DNA of 37,781 nt, taken from the IMG/VR virus record IMGVR_UViG_3300025528_000017, positions 1 through 37,781 of that record. One strand, 5' to 3'. The position numbers were made by a program, and so were the translations under genes. The notes under the pieces are model-generated. The model saw nothing but the letters and a program-made list of their open reading frames with translations. It was not told the DNA's origin and ran no database searches. Below are positions 35,813-37,781 of this stretch, piece after piece. The first letter of the stretch is position 1. Every line of letters starts with the position of its first letter. The stretch comes from a virus. Its lineage: Duplodnaviria; Caudoviricetes.

Positions 35813-36963
35813 TGGCCCACGACGAGCACGGCAACTGGATCGGCCTCGGCGACGGCGACACCGGGCCGGGCGTGGCGCGGCTGCAGCACCGGCTGCTGTA
35901 CGCCTACCCGACGTACTCCCGCTCCGAGGAATTGGGTGTCACCGAATCCGGCGTCTACACCCCCGCCACCCGCCAGGCGGTCGTCAACATCTGCCGCCAC
36001 GTCAACGACCTGCCCGACCACCTCAAACCGCCGGCCGCCCGCGGCCACACGTTGCGCACCGACGGCATCGCCGACTGGCGCGTGCAGACCGCGCTCGGCG
36101 CTGTCGTTCCGGCCGGCGGGAACGCGCCACCGGCCAAGCGGTTCATCCAGCAAGGCGTCGGTTACCCGGCGATGGGGTTCCTGACCCCGGATCCGCACGT
36201 GTCCTATGTGGAGTCCCGAGACGCCGGTGTCGCCGAGCTGCTGCGCCTCGCGCTGCCGGATCCGCGGCCGAAGGTGCTGATCGGCTACTCCCAAGGCGCC
36301 GACGTCGCCACCCACGCCCTGCATCGGTGGCCGGCGGATCGCCGCGACGAGATCGCGATGGTCGTGACGTTCGGTTCCCCGGGCCGGGCGCCCGGGCCGA
36401 CCCTGTTCGGCACCGATTTCCACGGCGCCGGCATCTCCGGCGTCTACACCCCCGCCTGGGCCCGCCCCCGCACATGGGACTTCATCCTCGACGGCGACTG
36501 GTACCCCGCCGCCAGAGGACTCCTCCCCCTGCTCTACGAGCTGCTGACCCGCATGGAACTGTCCCTCGAGTTCGCCATGTTCCTGGTGCAACGGCTGTCC
36601 ACGGCGGCCGGGCAGCTGCTCCTCGGGGTGCAGCCGTCGGATCAGCCCGGCGCCGGGGCGCTCGCGCCGATCGCGCCGATGGTCCTCGGCCGCGGCGGAA
36701 ACGTCCTCGGCGTCACGTCGATCTTCGCGCTGCTGCCGCAACTGATCTGGCTCCTGGTCGACGCCATCACGTTCGTGCACACCAACGCCCACGTCCGCTA
36801 CCACGACCTGCCCATGCCGAAGTGGGGCGGCCTCACCGGTGTCGATCGGGCGGCGCACCTGATCACCGAACACGTCGACAGCGCCGTCGTCTACACCATC
36901 CCCGGAACCTGGGCCGGATGGAACGACGGACCACCCGCCTGGACCGCCTGGAAACTCCCGTGA
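35812..36963 (+). CDS. lysB: Lysin B (cutinase-like esterase with N-terminal peptidoglycan-binding-like domain)
   Basis: GYSQG nucleophile elbow, TFGSP, GDWY and H.RY motifs; follows lysA. Confidence 0.9.
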   Translation: MAHDEHGNWIGLGDGDTGPGVARLQHRLLYAYPTYSRSEELGVTESGVYTPATRQAVVNICRHVNDLPDHLKPPAARGHTLRTDGIADWRVQTALGAVVPAGGNAPPAKRFIQQGVGYPAMGFLTPDPHVSYVESRDAGVAELLRLALPDPRPKVLIGYSQGADVATHALHRWPADRRDEIAMVVTFGSPGRAPGPTLFGTDFHGAGISGVYTPAWARPRTWDFILDGDWYPAARGLLPLLYELLTRMELSLEFAMFLVQRLSTAAGQLLLGVQPSDQPGAGALAPIAPMVLGRGGNVLGVTSIFALLPQLIWLLVDAITFVHTNAHVRYHDLPMPKWGGLTGVDRAAHLITEHVDSAVVYTIPGTWAGWNDGPPAWTAWKLP

Positions 36964-36977
36964 GAAAGGACCATTCG

Positions 36978-37247
36978 ATGTCGATCTTCACCCGAAAGTT
37001 CTGGCGGGACACCGCCGAGCGAGTCGTCTCATCGGCCGGGCAGGGCTTTCTCGTCGGCGGCGGACTCGGCGTCGGCGCCGAAGCTGCCCAGGCCGTCGAT
37101 GCCCGGTATTTCCCCTGGGTGGCTGCGCTGGGCACCGCCGTCGGCATGGCGGCGGCCACGTTCGCGAAATGCCTCGCGGCGACGCGGATCAGCGGCAACC
37201 CAGACAGTGCCGCCTTCGAATGGAAACATCCGGGCGGCGCCGCATGA
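36978..37247 (+). CDS. Holin (r1t-like, 2 TM)
   Basis: GAAAGGA RBS; FTRKFWRDTAERVV..AGQ signature; follows the lysins. Confidence 0.85.
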   Translation: MSIFTRKFWRDTAERVVSSAGQGFLVGGGLGVGAEAAQAVDARYFPWVAALGTAVGMAAATFAKCLAATRISGNPDSAAFEWKHPGGAA

Positions 37248-37567
37248 GCACCCTGGCGGTCGTGCTCGGGTCCGGCGGCATCGGCGCCGTGCTGGCCGCG
37301 ATCGTCAACTGGGCAGCGAGCCGCAGCCAGGTCCGGGTCGATCATTTCCGCGCCATCGTCGACGCACTGAATCGTCGCATCGACGACCTGCAGGAAGAGG
37401 TGGAGCAGCTGCGGGAGATGCTGGAGGAGGAGCGTGTAGAGCACGGCGGGACACGTCGTGTGCTGACGTCGGCGTTGCGCTACATCCGCGCGTTGTGGGG
37501 GTGGCTGGACTCTGGTCAGCCGGGGCAGCGGCCACCGCCGCCGGAGGAGATTCGCGACGAGCTGTGA
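37244..37567 (+). CDS. Lysis-cassette single-TM coiled-coil protein
   Basis: ATGA overlap with the holin; N-terminal TM, coiled coil, C-terminal PPPPEEI. Confidence 0.8.
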   Translation: MSTLAVVLGSGGIGAVLAAIVNWAASRSQVRVDHFRAIVDALNRRIDDLQEEVEQLREMLEEERVEHGGTRRVLTSALRYIRALWGWLDSGQPGQRPPPPEEIRDEL

Positions 37568-37568
37568 T

Positions 37569-37607
37569 GCGGGGCCACCCCAGTGTTGAGGGTGGCCCCG
37601 CTTTTTT
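37569..37607 (+). terminator. Intrinsic terminator ending the lysis operon
   Basis: GCGGGGCCACCC, 9-nt loop, GGGTGGCCCCGC, then TTTTTT. Confidence 0.93.
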
Positions 37608-37658
37608 CGTGCCTATTTTCCACACCCAAACCCTTGCGCACCCGCGGGGGCCGCCCGC

Positions 37659-37781
37659 ATGGATGGCGGGGAACTCCAAACCGTGCGGGAGTTCCTGGGC
37701 CTGACGATCGAGTCGCTGGCGGGGATGCTGCGGGTCAACCCCCGCACCATCAGGTCGTGGGAGGCCGGCCGCGACCCCATC
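37659..37781 (+). CDS. XRE-family HTH protein, 3' truncated by the window edge
   Basis: MDGGELQTVREFLGLTIESLAGMLRVNPRTIRSWEAGRDPI is a classic Cro/C1-type HTH pattern. Confidence 0.85.
   Translation, partial: MDGGELQTVREFLGLTIESLAGMLRVNPRTIRSWEAGRDPI

Larger units (their letters stand above)
1..37781 (+). mobile_element. Virion morphogenesis and lysis arm of a mycobacteriophage-like siphovirus or prophage (cluster B-like head/tail, Ms6-like lysis cassette)
   Basis: Co-oriented, often overlapping genes in canonical order: terminase, portal, protease, capsid, tail, tape measure, minor tails, lysA, lysB, holin. LysB implies a mycolic-acid-containing host. Confidence 0.96.

Noticed and set aside
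263-36873. Many long minus-strand and alternate-frame ORFs (e.g. 263..1750, 3412..4974, 21062..22879, 25265..26704, 35509..36873)
   Set aside because: Shadow ORFs of high-GC coding DNA: Arg/Pro/His-rich, no motifs, and fully overlapping well-supported + strand genes.
8522-37643. Additional intergenic CACCC pentamers at 8522, 12611, 37623 and 37639
   Set aside because: Not followed by a TANNNT-like hexamer at the 8-nt spacing, so not counted as motif sites.
1-37781. tRNA, rRNA, integrase or att sites
   Set aside because: None recognisable by eye, so lifestyle and prophage boundaries cannot be determined from this window.

Overview
High-GC actinobacteriophage sequence (mycobacteriophage-like siphovirus). 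Nothing in the window shows whether it is a free phage or a prophage: there is no integrase, att site or host gene. All supported genes are on the + strand. The order is: truncated CDGP-motif protein, small Zn-ribbon gene, large terminase, small accessory operon ending in an orphan HicB-like gene, HTH/Zn-finger protein, membrane protein, portal, MuF-protease fusion, major capsid hexamer and pentamer proteins (cluster B-like layout), membrane pair, major tail, a stand-alone QueC-like PP-loop enzyme, head-tail connectors, tail assembly chaperone, 2033-aa tape measure, minor tail genes, a second displaced chaperone pair, an Ms6-like lysis cassette (LysA, LysB, holin, 1-TM protein), an intrinsic terminator and a truncated XRE-HTH gene. 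The main observations are: (1) a fixed-spacing CACCC-N8-TANNNT promoter-like motif at about 13 gene boundaries, mostly leaderless; (2) an identical DNGSGEGEG C-terminal tag on the major capsid and major tail proteins, with a divergent QueC-like enzyme encoded right after the tail gene, suggesting a virion-protein modification system; (3) a duplicated, relocated tail chaperone with a non-canonical -1 frameshift candidate; (4) an apparently circularly permuted LysB; (5) several coupled micro-ORFs missed by the ORF track. Family assignments come from motif recognition and synteny, not database searches.
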